From the NCBI GenBank assembly GCA_002071485.1, contig MWFF01000132.1, positions 21,911 to 85,910 on the forward strand: DNA of 64,000 bases, given 5' to 3'. Of the stretch, positions 45,801 to 54,488 are shown piece after piece. Under the pieces are notes generated by a model that saw nothing but the letters and a program-made list of their open reading frames with translations, did not search any database and had not been told where the DNA came from. Position 1 is the first letter of the stretch, and each line of letters starts with the position of its first letter. The stretch is from Verrucomicrobia bacterium ADurb.Bin006 (GTDB lineage: Bacteria > Verrucomicrobiota > Verrucomicrobiia > Limisphaerales > J093). Position numbers and translations under genes: made by a program.

Positions 45801-48016
45801 GTCTGTTCTGCCTCCGCATCGATGCGTTTGATCCGGACACGCCGCCCAGTCCGCTGGTCTTCGCGCTGGATGCCGCTCCGCATGGGGCGACGATCGCGCC
45901 TCTGACCGGCGAGATCAGATGGCTGCCCGGCGAGGAAATCGGTCCCACCAACGCCACCTTCGTCGTGCGCGCCACCGAGCTGCAACCGCCTTATGCCAGT
46001 TCCACCCGTGCCTACTACGTCACGGTGACCGAGGTGAACCAGGCCCCAGTCCTCCTCCCGATCGCCGATCAGGCTCTGCGCGAAGGCGACACGCTCGCCA
46101 TCCAGGCGGCGGCGCTAGATGCCGACCTGCCACCGCAAACGCTCACCTTTTCGTTCGCCGGCGGCGCCCCCGCCGACATGTCCATCGACACCGCCACTGG
46201 CCGCATTTTCTGGCCTGTCGGACCTGACCAGGGCGCCAGCACCAACGACGTGACCGTGCGGGTCACCGACGACGGTCCGCCTCCTCGCTACGCCGAGCGG
46301 ACGTTTCGCGTTGTCGTCCAACCCCAGTCGCACCTGGTCATCAACGAAATCATGTACCGCCCCGCATCCAACGCGACCGAGTTCATCGAGATCGTCAATA
46401 ACTCTTCCAGTGCGACGGCGGACCTCGACGGCGTGGAACTTACCGCCGATGCCCTCGCGTTTGCGTTCCCGCATGGCAGGACGCTCGAACCCGGCGCCTT
46501 CACCGTCGTGGTGCGTAATCGAACAGCCTTCGAAGCGGTTTACGGCACCGAGGTCCCGATCGCCGGCCAGTGGACCGGCCAGCTCGATTCGACCGCCGAC
46601 ACCGTCCGCCTGACACGCGTCGCGCCGGGTGGCCAGACCGACACGCTCGACGCGGTGCGTTTTTCCTCGGAAGCCCCCTGGCCCAGCGCGGCCAATGGCC
46701 AGGGCGGGTCGCTCCAGTTGATCGATGCCAAACAGGACAACACACGCGTCGCCAATTGGACCGCCATCCCCGCTCTCGGATCAGTCCAGTCCCGCCGGCT
46801 GCTCGAGATGACGAACCTCTGGCGCTACGAGCAGTCGGGCAGGAATTTCGGCGTTGCCTGGCGCAATCCCGGCTATGACGACTCCGCCTGGCCCTCCGGA
46901 CGCGCCCTGCTCTACGCCGATAACGCGGCCTTGCCCGCGCCCAAGAATACGCGGCTGACCCTCGGGCCGACCACGTTCTACTTTCGCACCTCGTTCCTGT
47001 ACGACGGCCCAACCGCGGGTGCGCGCCTCAAGGTCAACACCATCATCGATGACTCCGCCATCGTCTACCTCAACGGCACCGAGGTGTTGCGGGTCGGATT
47101 CAACCAAGACGACAAGGTCGCGTTCAACACCTTCGCCAGGCGATGGGTCGATAACGCCGCCCTCGAAGGCCCGTTTCTCATCGACCAGGATGCACTCCGA
47201 TACGGCACCAACGTCGTCGCAGTCGAGGTTCACCAGAACAACGCCAACAGCTCGGATGTCGCCTGGGGAATGGACCTCGAAGTCGAAGGCACAGCCGACG
47301 CCGCCACGCCTGGCCGCCCCAACTCGCTCGCCCATGCTCTGACCCCGTTCCCGCCCGTTTTCCTCAACGAAGCCGTCGCCGTGAATGCCGCTGGCCCGGT
47401 CGACAACGCCGGCGAGCGCGAACCCTGGATCGAGTTGCTCAACGACGGCCCCCTACCCGTCTCACTCGAAGGTTGGTATCTTACCGATTCGTTCACCGAT
47501 CTGACGCGATGGCCGGTCCCCGCCGGATTCGAGCTCGAAGCAGGGGAGTTGCGTCTGCTCTGGGCCGATGGCGACCCGTCTCAAACCACCCCAACCGATG
47601 CCCATACCAGCTTCCGAATCGACAACGGCGGCGTGGTCGCGCTGGTCCGGATGCAGGCCGACGTGCCGGTGATCGTCGACTATCTGCGCCTCCCAACCCT
47701 GCCGCCAGACACCTCCTACGGCTCGATGCCGGATGGACAGGCCCTGATCCGCGATCTCCTCGCTTCGCCCACACCCCGCGATCCCAATCGCCACATCCCG
47801 GCGCCGCAACTTGCGAACCTGGCATCGGGTTCCGCCGATGGCCTTCGCTTCGAGTGGGTGAGCATCCCGGGCGTCAGGTACCGCGTCGAAGGCGCTGTCG
47901 CCCTGACCGGGCAACCCTGGGTGACTCTCGCGGAATCCGTGGCGCAGTCCGGGTCCATGCGCTATACCGAACCGCCGTCCGCAGCCATGCGTTACTATCG
48001 CGTGCTGGTCCCGTAA
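39887..48016 (+). CDS. giant exported lamin-tail-domain (LTD) x8 / CotH / cadherin-like-repeat protein
   Basis: About 2700 aa. There are eight LTD starts (LIISEIMYHP, VVINEFLANS, IVIHEIMYHP, LLISEIMYHP, LWINEVMPSN, VTINEWMAAN, LVINEIMYRP, VFLNEAVAVN). A CotH-like core lies at about 42430-43540 (YRGNWREGG..., GNGDHYNSSGYPHNMYTY..., NDTDGAF). Four cadherin-like repeats lie at about 45170-46320. Hydrophobic signal AIAIALALFCVTTLRAQ. The start codon is uncertain. Confidence 0.85.
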   Translation: MRYTPNAKCPQHGLLESGKAQGEDENASHSRSQPRLQHHPPAVVTRIKPPCPGPAIAIALALFCVTTLRAQTAGGLPAPLTPADGAASASAQAAPDPATTRSRQLSPSNRGTGLIISEIMYHPRENGGTEVLEYIEIFNTEPVSEIIGGCRLGGDIEFTFPPRMALPGRSFVVVARDPESLRRATGITNAIGPFAGSLPNDAGQVRLYNRAGALLLEVKYEDQMPWPIAADGAGHSLVLARPDYGENSVYAWSASAEIGGSPGRADPEVEDPLDAVVINEFLANSDLPEVDFIELFNRGTQTVDLSGCILSDRPDINKFIIPAGTLLPPGRSALFSEAGLGFGLSSHGESIFFVRADATRVIDAVRFGAQSPGVSYGRSPDGAPAIRELSRPTPGAPNSAPALHDIVIHEIMYHPISGLIEDEYVELHNRGSNAVDVGYWRFVDGISFMIPPDTRIEPGGYLVVARDRARLLGKYPQLNSANTLGDYEGELSDRGERLALAKPLDPLRPFQDFVVVDEVTYSDGWGQWTDGGGSSLELIDAHADNTLGANWMGSDETAKSSWTDIEHTGVIDNQAGSMDELQVFCQQGGECLLDNIELTKAGETVNRVKNPGFETSLSGWEALGTHERSGIEAGEGYQSNRSLHVRATSQGRYTISVYRITYDRLSTPIAAPRAGETFTIRAKGRWIAGWPYIIIGVKGHALEAVGALEVPDNLGTPGLPNSRRVANAGPAIWDVQHAPVLPAAAQPVTVSARVHDPDGVASVVLKWRNDTAAGSFTTTPMTDPDGDGVYRATFPGLLTGQIATFSIEAADAAMPPATSRFPGPAPTGMPALECLVRFGDTLPPGVFGAYRVWVSSGNVARWQARPTRSNEPVDATFTYDNYRTVYNAAVRYRGNWREGGFEDYSRAAYMIDFPKTERVLGDTQIALDFISLNYDNGTKQQEKHAYWIARQVDLASIAMRYVHVSVNGSALFRYDSFSPSRSLCSRWYGDDDPHVYEQLYPHEPFANYTTTGGVKKQAKYRYCMRKKVTTVPDDDFSPLYRVVDALRAPTDDLYVARVSALADIRSWAGYWVINRMCGNGDHYNSSGYPHNMYTYIPPYGRSRLHVNDTDGAFQTVYSIFPDSGFLPGIMFAKPEFRRVYWRLACDVARGPMDPAISTTRLNDWYQVFRDNRIAADSPNKMSNWITARRSSYLQSLAPMTNLAFKVSTPNITTNTTPITVIGEAPIAVTAIEVNGLPHAVKWIGETVWQIRVALSPGANALAFRALDEHGGIVGNAARTVTYTGAPVSLEGKLLISEIMYHPAAPASSFVEILNLSPTETLPLGGLRVDGIDATIGHGRFIAPGEYAVVARSLPGYQSSYGNAEVVVAEFNGALDNGGETLTLQWTDGTNTIVLDQVTYGGHPPWPAAADGAGASLQLIDVFRDNDRIGNWTAIQPGGTLPLATPGQSNNVTARLPEFPLLWINEVMPSNTSALADNAGEFDPWIELFNAGTNAIALTGCHLSNDPSNLRQWAFPDGSKIGPGERLLVWADAQPQQTDGSHLHATFHLESGSGTVVLAWHYLGRTIVLDAISYADVPADCSYGSYPDGAPHARRLFHNPTPALPNSPAWPPLLVTINEWMAANTRTIADPADGDFDDWFELHNAGPYPAYLGTYTLTDNLDIPTKFSIPAGTVIPPGGFLLLWADEETNQNAPGQDLHVNFKLAQGGEQIGLFDPDGVPVDTVSFGPQSDDVSFGRFPDGADLPAYEMVEPTPRTPNSLAGANRPPVFDPLPDQTVAEGSPLVFTVRATDPDAGDTVRYSLGLGAPPEAELNEQTGEFRWVPGEADGPSRLRFLVHAADNGTPVRIGNLWVDVNVTEVNEPPRISPIADQIVDEGALLALEFTASDPDLPPNRLIFTLAPGAPEDAILTKDGAFTWIPDESRGDTTVTITVRVSDQGSPEYTDTTSFNVLVREVPNPPVMPSLPPLFVAENSLFCLRIDAFDPDTPPSPLVFALDAAPHGATIAPLTGEIRWLPGEEIGPTNATFVVRATELQPPYASSTRAYYVTVTEVNQAPVLLPIADQALREGDTLAIQAAALDADLPPQTLTFSFAGGAPADMSIDTATGRIFWPVGPDQGASTNDVTVRVTDDGPPPRYAERTFRVVVQPQSHLVINEIMYRPASNATEFIEIVNNSSSATADLDGVELTADALAFAFPHGRTLEPGAFTVVVRNRTAFEAVYGTEVPIAGQWTGQLDSTADTVRLTRVAPGGQTDTLDAVRFSSEAPWPSAANGQGGSLQLIDAKQDNTRVANWTAIPALGSVQSRRLLEMTNLWRYEQSGRNFGVAWRNPGYDDSAWPSGRALLYADNAALPAPKNTRLTLGPTTFYFRTSFLYDGPTAGARLKVNTIIDDSAIVYLNGTEVLRVGFNQDDKVAFNTFARRWVDNAALEGPFLIDQDALRYGTNVVAVEVHQNNANSSDVAWGMDLEVEGTADAATPGRPNSLAHALTPFPPVFLNEAVAVNAAGPVDNAGEREPWIELLNDGPLPVSLEGWYLTDSFTDLTRWPVPAGFELEAGELRLLWADGDPSQTTPTDAHTSFRIDNGGVVALVRMQADVPVIVDYLRLPTLPPDTSYGSMPDGQALIRDLLASPTPRDPNRHIPAPQLANLASGSADGLRFEWVSIPGVRYRVEGAVALTGQPWVTLAESVAQSGSMRYTEPPSAAMRYYRVLVP

Positions 48017-48272
48017 CCCCAATCCACCATCCCACCAGAAGAGTCAGAGTCTTCATGTTACTGTTGCCACGATTTAGCTTGGCATGCCCGAGTCCCACAC
48101 TGCTCGAATAACACGGGGAGGCCGGCAAAAGTTGCAAACAACCGGCCCATTGCATCCACCTGCATGCTCGATCGAGCCGCGTTGCAGTGCCCAACAAGCG
48201 CGCGCCCCGAGGCCCAATCACCAACAGATGGGCGCGACAAACGGAAACCAAAGCGCGCGCGCTTGCGTCCGT

Positions 48273-48989
48273 TCAACGGCGGCGCAAGCCGTATCGGGTC
48301 CCAAGCAGGGCCATGCCGCCCAAAAATCCGAGCAACCCGATGCTGGGCTCGGGGATGGCCGTGAAATGAACCGTGTAGGCCGCCGCCCAATCCTGACTCA
48401 CCCCGCCCTGCGTGATCCCTTGGACGGTATCGTCCACCAGGTAACCCTTGCCTTGTCCGGGCGTGCTATTGTCCCCGGAGGTGTTGACCAGGAACCGGAA
48501 GTTGGACACCTCGCCATCGACGTTGTCTTCCGAGAAGACGAACCAGTACTTCTGATTCGAATCGAGCGTCAGGCCGGCAAAGCCGAATGTGTAAGGCTCG
48601 CCGGGCAGGGTGCTGTTCCACGTCACCGACGAACTCGAAGAGCCGAGATAACCGCCGAATGCCGCGCCGTCGTAACTCGAATACAGGTCCAGATACACGG
48701 CAGTGTCTGCATCGGTCGTCTGACGGGCGCCTCCGCCAAAGGAAGGCGTCACGGCGTCATTGGGACGCGTGAGAGTGAGTGCGTTCAATTGGAAAACCGG
48801 GGTGAGTGATCCGAACGGAGTGACGCTGTTCGGGTAAACGCCGGCATCGGCCCGGAATGCAAATGCCGCCATGTTGGCCTTGTCACCCGTAACACCCGAC
48901 CATTCGTTAACAATGGTGCCGGTGTCCGCCGCCCATGCCGCGGCGCTTGCAATCAGACTGGCAGTGCAGAGTACAGTTTTCATAATCAT
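48273..48989 (-). CDS. PEP-CTERM sorting-domain protein
   Basis: Signal peptide MKTVLCTASLIASAAAWA. The C-terminus IPEPSIGLLGFLGGMALLGTRYGLRRR has the PEP motif, a TM helix and a basic tail. Confidence 0.85.
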   Translation of the reverse strand: MIMKTVLCTASLIASAAAWAADTGTIVNEWSGVTGDKANMAAFAFRADAGVYPNSVTPFGSLTPVFQLNALTLTRPNDAVTPSFGGGARQTTDADTAVYLDLYSSYDGAAFGGYLGSSSSSVTWNSTLPGEPYTFGFAGLTLDSNQKYWFVFSEDNVDGEVSNFRFLVNTSGDNSTPGQGKGYLVDDTVQGITQGGVSQDWAAAYTVHFTAIPEPSIGLLGFLGGMALLGTRYGLRRR

Positions 48990-49036
48990 TCACACATTCA
49001 GCAGCATAGAAGAACGAACGCAAAATCCAAGGCCCA

Positions 49037-49088
49037 CTAAGGGTCTGTGCAAAAATCAATCGGAACTATTTTTTGCACAGACCCTAAG
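49037..49088 (-). terminator. long hairpin between the sialidase stop and the PEP-CTERM gene start (possible intrinsic terminator or operator)
   Basis: AGGGTCTGTGCAAAAA (49040-49055) pairs perfectly with TTTTTGCACAGACCCT (49070-49085), and 2 more pairs follow a single mismatch. The loop is about 14 nt. No clear U-tract follows on either strand. Confidence 0.35.
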
Positions 49089-49133
49089 CACAAAACCTTG
49101 GCATAAACAAGGCCTATCTGTGTTCTGTTTTGG

Positions 49134-51815
49134 TCAGCGTCGTCTCGGGGTCGACACCCGGAAGAACCGCTGTCCGGTCAACGAGCCTGGCATGACGCGA
49201 GCCGCGCGAAAGCCGGCGGCAAGCACTTCTTCTCCCCCGGCCTGAGGTGTCCAGTCTCCCGTAAGATCCGCCGCGCCCTCGACCGCATAGAGCCTGCCGG
49301 GGAGGCTCGACCAGACAAGCCGCAGTCCGTCCGGACCGACCGAGACGTACTCGATGCGAAGAAGGGACGAGGGGTCGTTGGCCATCGTGCCGGCCTCGAA
49401 TTCATCCACGTTACTCATGCCGTCGCCGTCCAGGTCCTCTTCCGCGTCGTCGGCGCCATGATTCAAGCCAGTGATCGCCTCGTAATAATCGCTCATGCCA
49501 TCCCCGTCGCTGTCGAGGTCGGCCTGCGTCAGCCAATCGAGATGGAATCGGACAAAAGTCAGCGTCTCGTAGGCGTTCGCGTTCCCGGTTTCGTACAGCA
49601 ATCCGACAGTGCCGTCCGCCAGGATGGCCAGATCCGAGTACGCGGCGGGCCGGTTGTCGATCCGCCGCGACACCGTCCACGTCTTGCCTTCGTCTTCCGA
49701 CATCCGGACGGTCATATCGACCCGCGCCGATGCGGAACCGGGGTTGGCGAAGAGGAGCCGATCGCGCGGTGCTCCGTCGAGGGTCGAGCTAAGGCGGATG
49801 AAACTGGCCTGGCACACGGGATCGGCTAGCGCATAGGTGAGAGGCGACCACGTCCCGTCGCTCAGCGTGGCGCCCCGGGTGTAGGTGGCCCAGACGCGTT
49901 TGCCGCCGCCGCCGCTGGGCGCGCGCGACGAGATCATGATCTGCCCCGAGTTGAGCTCGACCATCTGGTTCTCGTTGAGCTGGGGTGGGATGGTCCGGTT
50001 CACGTCCGGACTCGTCAGCCAACTGGCGCCATGGTTCGTGCTGTAGATGAAAAACGCACGCGCATTGACGCCGCCCGGATCCGTATGCTGCGATGGGAAG
50101 AGCAGTGTACCGTCACGCAGTTGGATGCCGTGTCCCGGCCCCTGGAAACAGACGCCCCAGTTCGGGTTCGCCTTGGCCTGGGCCGTGATATTGATGGGCG
50201 GCGACCATGTCCGCCCATCGTCGTCGCTCCGCGCGAGAACGTACTGGCCGGTTTGGTTCGTGCTCAGCCCGGCGCCCGATCCCACATAGGCGCGGTTGCC
50301 GAAAGACCACAAAGCGGCCACCCAAATCGTGCCGGTCTCGCGATCCACCAACACCGCGGGATCGCCAACGCCGTTCCCGCTCGATCCAGCCACCGTTTTG
50401 TCGTAATCGAGGATTGCCTTGGTGTTGGTCGCCCAGTGCCAGGTGCTGCCGTTGTCCGTGCTGCGCATGCACCCGACGTCGACGTTCGCCGGCAGGTCAT
50501 TGGCGTTGTCCCAGCGCAGGTCGAACATCGCGAGGAGTGTGCCGCGCGTCGTCGTTGCCAACGCAGGGATGCGGTAGGTGTGCACACCGTCATCGCCGGC
50601 CCGGCGGACGACCGTGCTGAACAAGGCATTGCCGACTGTCAGGAACTCCGGCGGCGACCCGACCTCGGGCACACGAACCTCATCTTCGAGCCCGACGCTC
50701 AGCAACGCGCCGTCGAGCACTCGACCCCACTTCGTCCCGGTCCGCGGTTCGACGGCGATCCAGAAGTGATTCACCCCGGCGCTCAACCCCTGGCTGCCCC
50801 CGACGGACAGCGCGCCGTCGAGCGGACTATCCAATGATCCAAAGGCAACCAGGGGCCGGAACTCGGGGCTGGTGCCGGTGAAGTAAACGCCGACCGACGC
50901 GATGTCCGTCAGGTCGGTCGTTCCATCGAGGTTGAATGCCACGTTGGTGACGACACCCGGGCCGCGCACCTGGACATCGAGCAGAGCGTGCAACCCGAAG
51001 GGCGGCACGTTCCGGGTTGTCTGCACGACCGTGCACGCTGCGGGCGGGATCTCCTCTGGCGTCCCCCATTTGGCCGACAGGTATGCGGGGATCTCCAGCC
51101 GCTCGACTTCGGTGAGCACCCGGTCATAGACGAGCACCTCGGCCAAATCGACCGCCAGCCCTCGAGTCGCGGCAACGTTCTGGCCGAGGATCAAACCTCC
51201 GAGGCCGCTGGTGAGGTTGTTTGTGTGGATGAAGCTCTCTCCGCCCCCGATCGAATGCCTGACACGAGTCGTCGCGCCGAGCTTCTCAAACTCGAAGAGG
51301 TGCGTCTGCCAGACGTTGACCTCGGCGGCGAGCGTATTGGGATCGGCGTTGCTGCCGGCGCCGCTCGGTTGAAGTCCCACCTGCCAGAATCCGGCACGCA
51401 CCTGCGCCCGGGTGAGGCCCGGCGCGTTGGCCGAGCCGTCGAAAAGAAAGCCGTCGTTCGTTGAGGTCAGGCGACAATAGGCGACCAGGGCGCGGCTCGA
51501 TGTGATGGTGCCGAAGTTCGCGGAAGTGCCCCAGACCGCGTCCCGGCCGTCACACCGCACGATGCGTCGCACGCCGCCCGCGGTGTTGAAGGAGACCGAT
51601 TCCGGCGTGCCGCTAATGCGGTCGAGGTTTCGGGAGGCGGGGATGCCGGTCGTCGCCTGGTTCCGCCAGAGAGTAACCTGTGCTGACGCGTTGGCTTCGA
51701 GGCCCATATCACTCCGGTACCACGCATAAAGCGAGCTGGGTGAAGGAGACGGCGCAGGCGCGGCCAGAGCCGATGCGCATCCGAACACCGCGAGGGAGAG
51801 TGTGATCAGATTCAT
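49134..51815 (-). CDS. exo-alpha-sialidase (GH33) with N-terminal LamG-like domain and C-terminal Ca-binding (TSP3-like) repeats
   Basis: Signal MNLITLSLAVFGCASALA. YRIP motif (HTYRIPALATT). Asp-boxes STDNGSTW, SDDDGRTW, STNHGASW and SEDEGKTW. DLDSDGDGMSDYYE and DLDGDGMSNVDEF. Ends ...QRFFRVSTPRRR. Confidence 0.85.
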   Translation of the reverse strand: MNLITLSLAVFGCASALAAPAPSPSPSSLYAWYRSDMGLEANASAQVTLWRNQATTGIPASRNLDRISGTPESVSFNTAGGVRRIVRCDGRDAVWGTSANFGTITSSRALVAYCRLTSTNDGFLFDGSANAPGLTRAQVRAGFWQVGLQPSGAGSNADPNTLAAEVNVWQTHLFEFEKLGATTRVRHSIGGGESFIHTNNLTSGLGGLILGQNVAATRGLAVDLAEVLVYDRVLTEVERLEIPAYLSAKWGTPEEIPPAACTVVQTTRNVPPFGLHALLDVQVRGPGVVTNVAFNLDGTTDLTDIASVGVYFTGTSPEFRPLVAFGSLDSPLDGALSVGGSQGLSAGVNHFWIAVEPRTGTKWGRVLDGALLSVGLEDEVRVPEVGSPPEFLTVGNALFSTVVRRAGDDGVHTYRIPALATTTRGTLLAMFDLRWDNANDLPANVDVGCMRSTDNGSTWHWATNTKAILDYDKTVAGSSGNGVGDPAVLVDRETGTIWVAALWSFGNRAYVGSGAGLSTNQTGQYVLARSDDDGRTWSPPINITAQAKANPNWGVCFQGPGHGIQLRDGTLLFPSQHTDPGGVNARAFFIYSTNHGASWLTSPDVNRTIPPQLNENQMVELNSGQIMISSRAPSGGGGKRVWATYTRGATLSDGTWSPLTYALADPVCQASFIRLSSTLDGAPRDRLLFANPGSASARVDMTVRMSEDEGKTWTVSRRIDNRPAAYSDLAILADGTVGLLYETGNANAYETLTFVRFHLDWLTQADLDSDGDGMSDYYEAITGLNHGADDAEEDLDGDGMSNVDEFEAGTMANDPSSLLRIEYVSVGPDGLRLVWSSLPGRLYAVEGAADLTGDWTPQAGGEEVLAAGFRAARVMPGSLTGQRFFRVSTPRRR

Positions 51816-52337
51816 TGTCGCGGCTTGTTGAGGTCGGGAGGACTGAGAACCGTGCCCCAAGTGTTGGACCACGGAATCGAGAGTTCAAGTTAGGCTCTCC
51901 GGGGTCGCTGAGATCGTTGTTGTTGTCTTGTGTTCTGTTCCTGTCGATCCGGTTGGAAATGAGAAAGGGAGGATCCAACCTCATCCCTTTCCCCTCTCCG
52001 TCTCTTAGGACACACTCTCTATGACTCATGGTGCCCGCTTCGTTCAAGCCCAAACGGCTGGCCGTGCTCCATGGCCCTCGGGGTCTAGGCACTAGAGTCA
52101 AGGGGATATGCAGAAGACCACGATTTTCGCCTATTTGGAGAAATCCACATCCAATCTGGAGCCTCCCTACACCCTCGACATCAAGCCCTATGTACCCCCG
52201 CTCCCTTCGGGACAGGCTCGACCCTCAGAATCTGTGCAGTTTGCCGGCCAGCCCTCGATGCCTGCCCAGCGACTGCGTCATGCACAACATGCCTGCTTTC
52301 CGGGACTGATAACCCTCTCGCTGACGGAAACTGAGGG

Positions 52338-52364
52338 GGACCGCCCGCGGTAAGCGGGCGGTCC
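52338..52364 (-). terminator. GC-rich hairpin directly after the stop of the 52383..54488 gene
   Basis: GGACCGCCCGC (52338-52348) and GCGGGCGGTCC (52354-52364) form an 11-bp perfect stem with a 5-nt loop, about 19 nt downstream of the stop on the - strand. The trailing U-tract is weak. Confidence 0.5.
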
Positions 52365-52382
52365 GCATCCGGCGCGACACGA

Positions 52383-54488
52383 TCAATCGACGAGCCGGAA
52401 GAATCGCTGCGGCTCGGGGAATGTGTTCGTGTAGGGCGCCAGGGTGACACCGGGCACGTTGGTATACGAGCCGGTCACAGCTGGGGCGGTCTGGAGGCGA
52501 TGGCCGCCGACCCAGTCGAGGAGAGTCTGGCCATCGGTCTGAAGGATCGAGAGGTTCGGCGCGGGCGGCGGGGCCGGCATGGCGCCGCCATCGGGCACGA
52601 ACAGGAAGCGGATCGTGATCGGGTCCAGGACATTGACCTGAGGGTTGCCGACGCCCGAGGTGGTCAGGCGCAGCCATTTGGAGTTGACCAGGCCGTTCCA
52701 CGCCCATTGGACGCGGATGGATTTGGTGCCCTCGTAGGCGGCGGTGTTGACGATAGCCGCCGAGTTGGGCGCGCCAGCCAGGTTGCCACTGGTGCTGCCG
52801 GAGAAATCCGGGGCCCGAAAGCCGACATCGGTTGTGCCGGCCGGCGAGGCCTCGAATCCGTAAAACACATTGGTGCCATTCTCGATGGTATCGATGTAGA
52901 TGTCGTGCGGGCCGACGGACGTGAGGTCGTCTATGGCAAAGGCCAGCGCGTCGATCGTGTACCAGTTGCTTCGGAGACAGGAGATGCAGCCCACGGCATC
53001 GGGATCGCCGGTGGCGGTGTACCACTTGACCGACGGTCCGGTCTGGAGCCGGTTGGGTGTCACCTCGCCACCCCACAGCCAGGCGTTATTGGCATCGCCG
53101 AAGGTCGTGGCGCCAGTCACGTCGACATACTCGAGGTAGCCGCCGCTGTTGAGATCCCGCAGCAACCGGTAGCCGTCCGCGCCGGGCACGGCATCCCAGG
53201 CCCAGTTCACTTGAAATCCCCCGGTGCTGGTGACAGCCGACGACTCGGCGGGCGTGGTCGAGTAAATGTTACCGGCGCCGTTCGGAAGGGTGCGATAGGC
53301 GTACACCTGGATGGCGACGGTTTCATGGGGGTTGTATCCCGCCCCCGCGACTGCGGTTCCCGTTGCGTTCGCGGAGTCGCCCACGCGCTGAATCCCGGCG
53401 TCGAACGTGACGGTCTGCCAGCCGTCGCTGCTCGGGACAAGCACCTGTCCTGGATAGCCCGGAGCGGCAGTGAGTCGGTTGGTGACGCCCAGGAAGTGGA
53501 TATTTGCCGTCGTGCCGCCGGTCGTCACGCCCGCCGAGCCGACCGGTCCGGTGCTGGGAGTCTCGCGCAGGCTCAAGGCGAGGCGCACGCGCGGGTTGAC
53601 TGCGCCCACCACGATGCCCGTCGGGACACCCCACAGACAGCCTTCCCGGCCGTCGATCGTTTGGGTGGCGGCGAGCTGGCCCGTGCTGACGAGGCCCGTG
53701 ACGGGCACCGTCAGGGTGCCCGCAGCGATCGCGTCGGTCCTCTGCCCGACGAGCGTCCAGGCGTTATTGACGTATTGATACACCTTGACGGCCGTGGCGG
53801 CGGCATCGACATCGGTCACGGTGACCGACGTCGACGTGGTCACGTACGATCCCGAAATCCCCACTGCCGGCACCTCAGTGCAGCTGTCGCTGACAAACAG
53901 GAATGTGTCGATCAGGAGGCGATGCTGCGCCCCCGCATCGACGTCACCGCTTTCCCAGTAGAAGTTGATAGTGGGAACGTTGACCTCTGCCGCGTTGGTC
54001 AGGTAGCCGAGGAACTGCCACGTGTTCATCCCGCCGGAGGAGACGCCGAATCTGGCCTGGAACTTGTCGGTGTTGGTAAATGAGAGTGTGCAGCCATCGA
54101 TCGCAGTCACGCCAAGCACAACGTCGGCGCTCACATTCCCGGCTGCCGAGCTGAAGACATGGTAGATTCGGTAAACGCCGCCGGGGATTCCGAGCGTGGG
54201 ACTGATGGTCACGCCGAAGTCCGGCGAAGAGCCGCTCATGAACGAGGTGCTGAAGTAGCGGGCACCGGCAGTGGCGGGCTTGCCTGGGGCGAGGGAAACG
54301 GCGGTGGTGAATGCGCCGAAGCTGTTCTCGTTGTATACGTAACCGCCGTAAAGATTGACATCCTCATTGAGGCGGCACTCGGCGGTGTCGGTGCAGTTCG
54401 ATGTGGTCGCCGTCACGTAAACGAAGTCAGCCCAAGCCGCAATCGAGCAGGCGGCCAGGGTTCCCAGTGTCAACAGTAGTTTCTTCAT
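52383..54488 (-). CDS. large exported hypothetical protein with shared C-terminal module
   Basis: Signal MKKLLLTLGTLAACSIAAWA (ATG 54488 within ORF 52383..54569). About 700 aa and Thr/Gly/Val-rich, with beta-rich composition. Ends ...PQRFFRLVD. I recognise no family. Confidence 0.7.
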   Translation of the reverse strand: MKKLLLTLGTLAACSIAAWADFVYVTATTSNCTDTAECRLNEDVNLYGGYVYNENSFGAFTTAVSLAPGKPATAGARYFSTSFMSGSSPDFGVTISPTLGIPGGVYRIYHVFSSAAGNVSADVVLGVTAIDGCTLSFTNTDKFQARFGVSSGGMNTWQFLGYLTNAAEVNVPTINFYWESGDVDAGAQHRLLIDTFLFVSDSCTEVPAVGISGSYVTTSTSVTVTDVDAAATAVKVYQYVNNAWTLVGQRTDAIAAGTLTVPVTGLVSTGQLAATQTIDGREGCLWGVPTGIVVGAVNPRVRLALSLRETPSTGPVGSAGVTTGGTTANIHFLGVTNRLTAAPGYPGQVLVPSSDGWQTVTFDAGIQRVGDSANATGTAVAGAGYNPHETVAIQVYAYRTLPNGAGNIYSTTPAESSAVTSTGGFQVNWAWDAVPGADGYRLLRDLNSGGYLEYVDVTGATTFGDANNAWLWGGEVTPNRLQTGPSVKWYTATGDPDAVGCISCLRSNWYTIDALAFAIDDLTSVGPHDIYIDTIENGTNVFYGFEASPAGTTDVGFRAPDFSGSTSGNLAGAPNSAAIVNTAAYEGTKSIRVQWAWNGLVNSKWLRLTTSGVGNPQVNVLDPITIRFLFVPDGGAMPAPPPAPNLSILQTDGQTLLDWVGGHRLQTAPAVTGSYTNVPGVTLAPYTNTFPEPQRFFRLVD

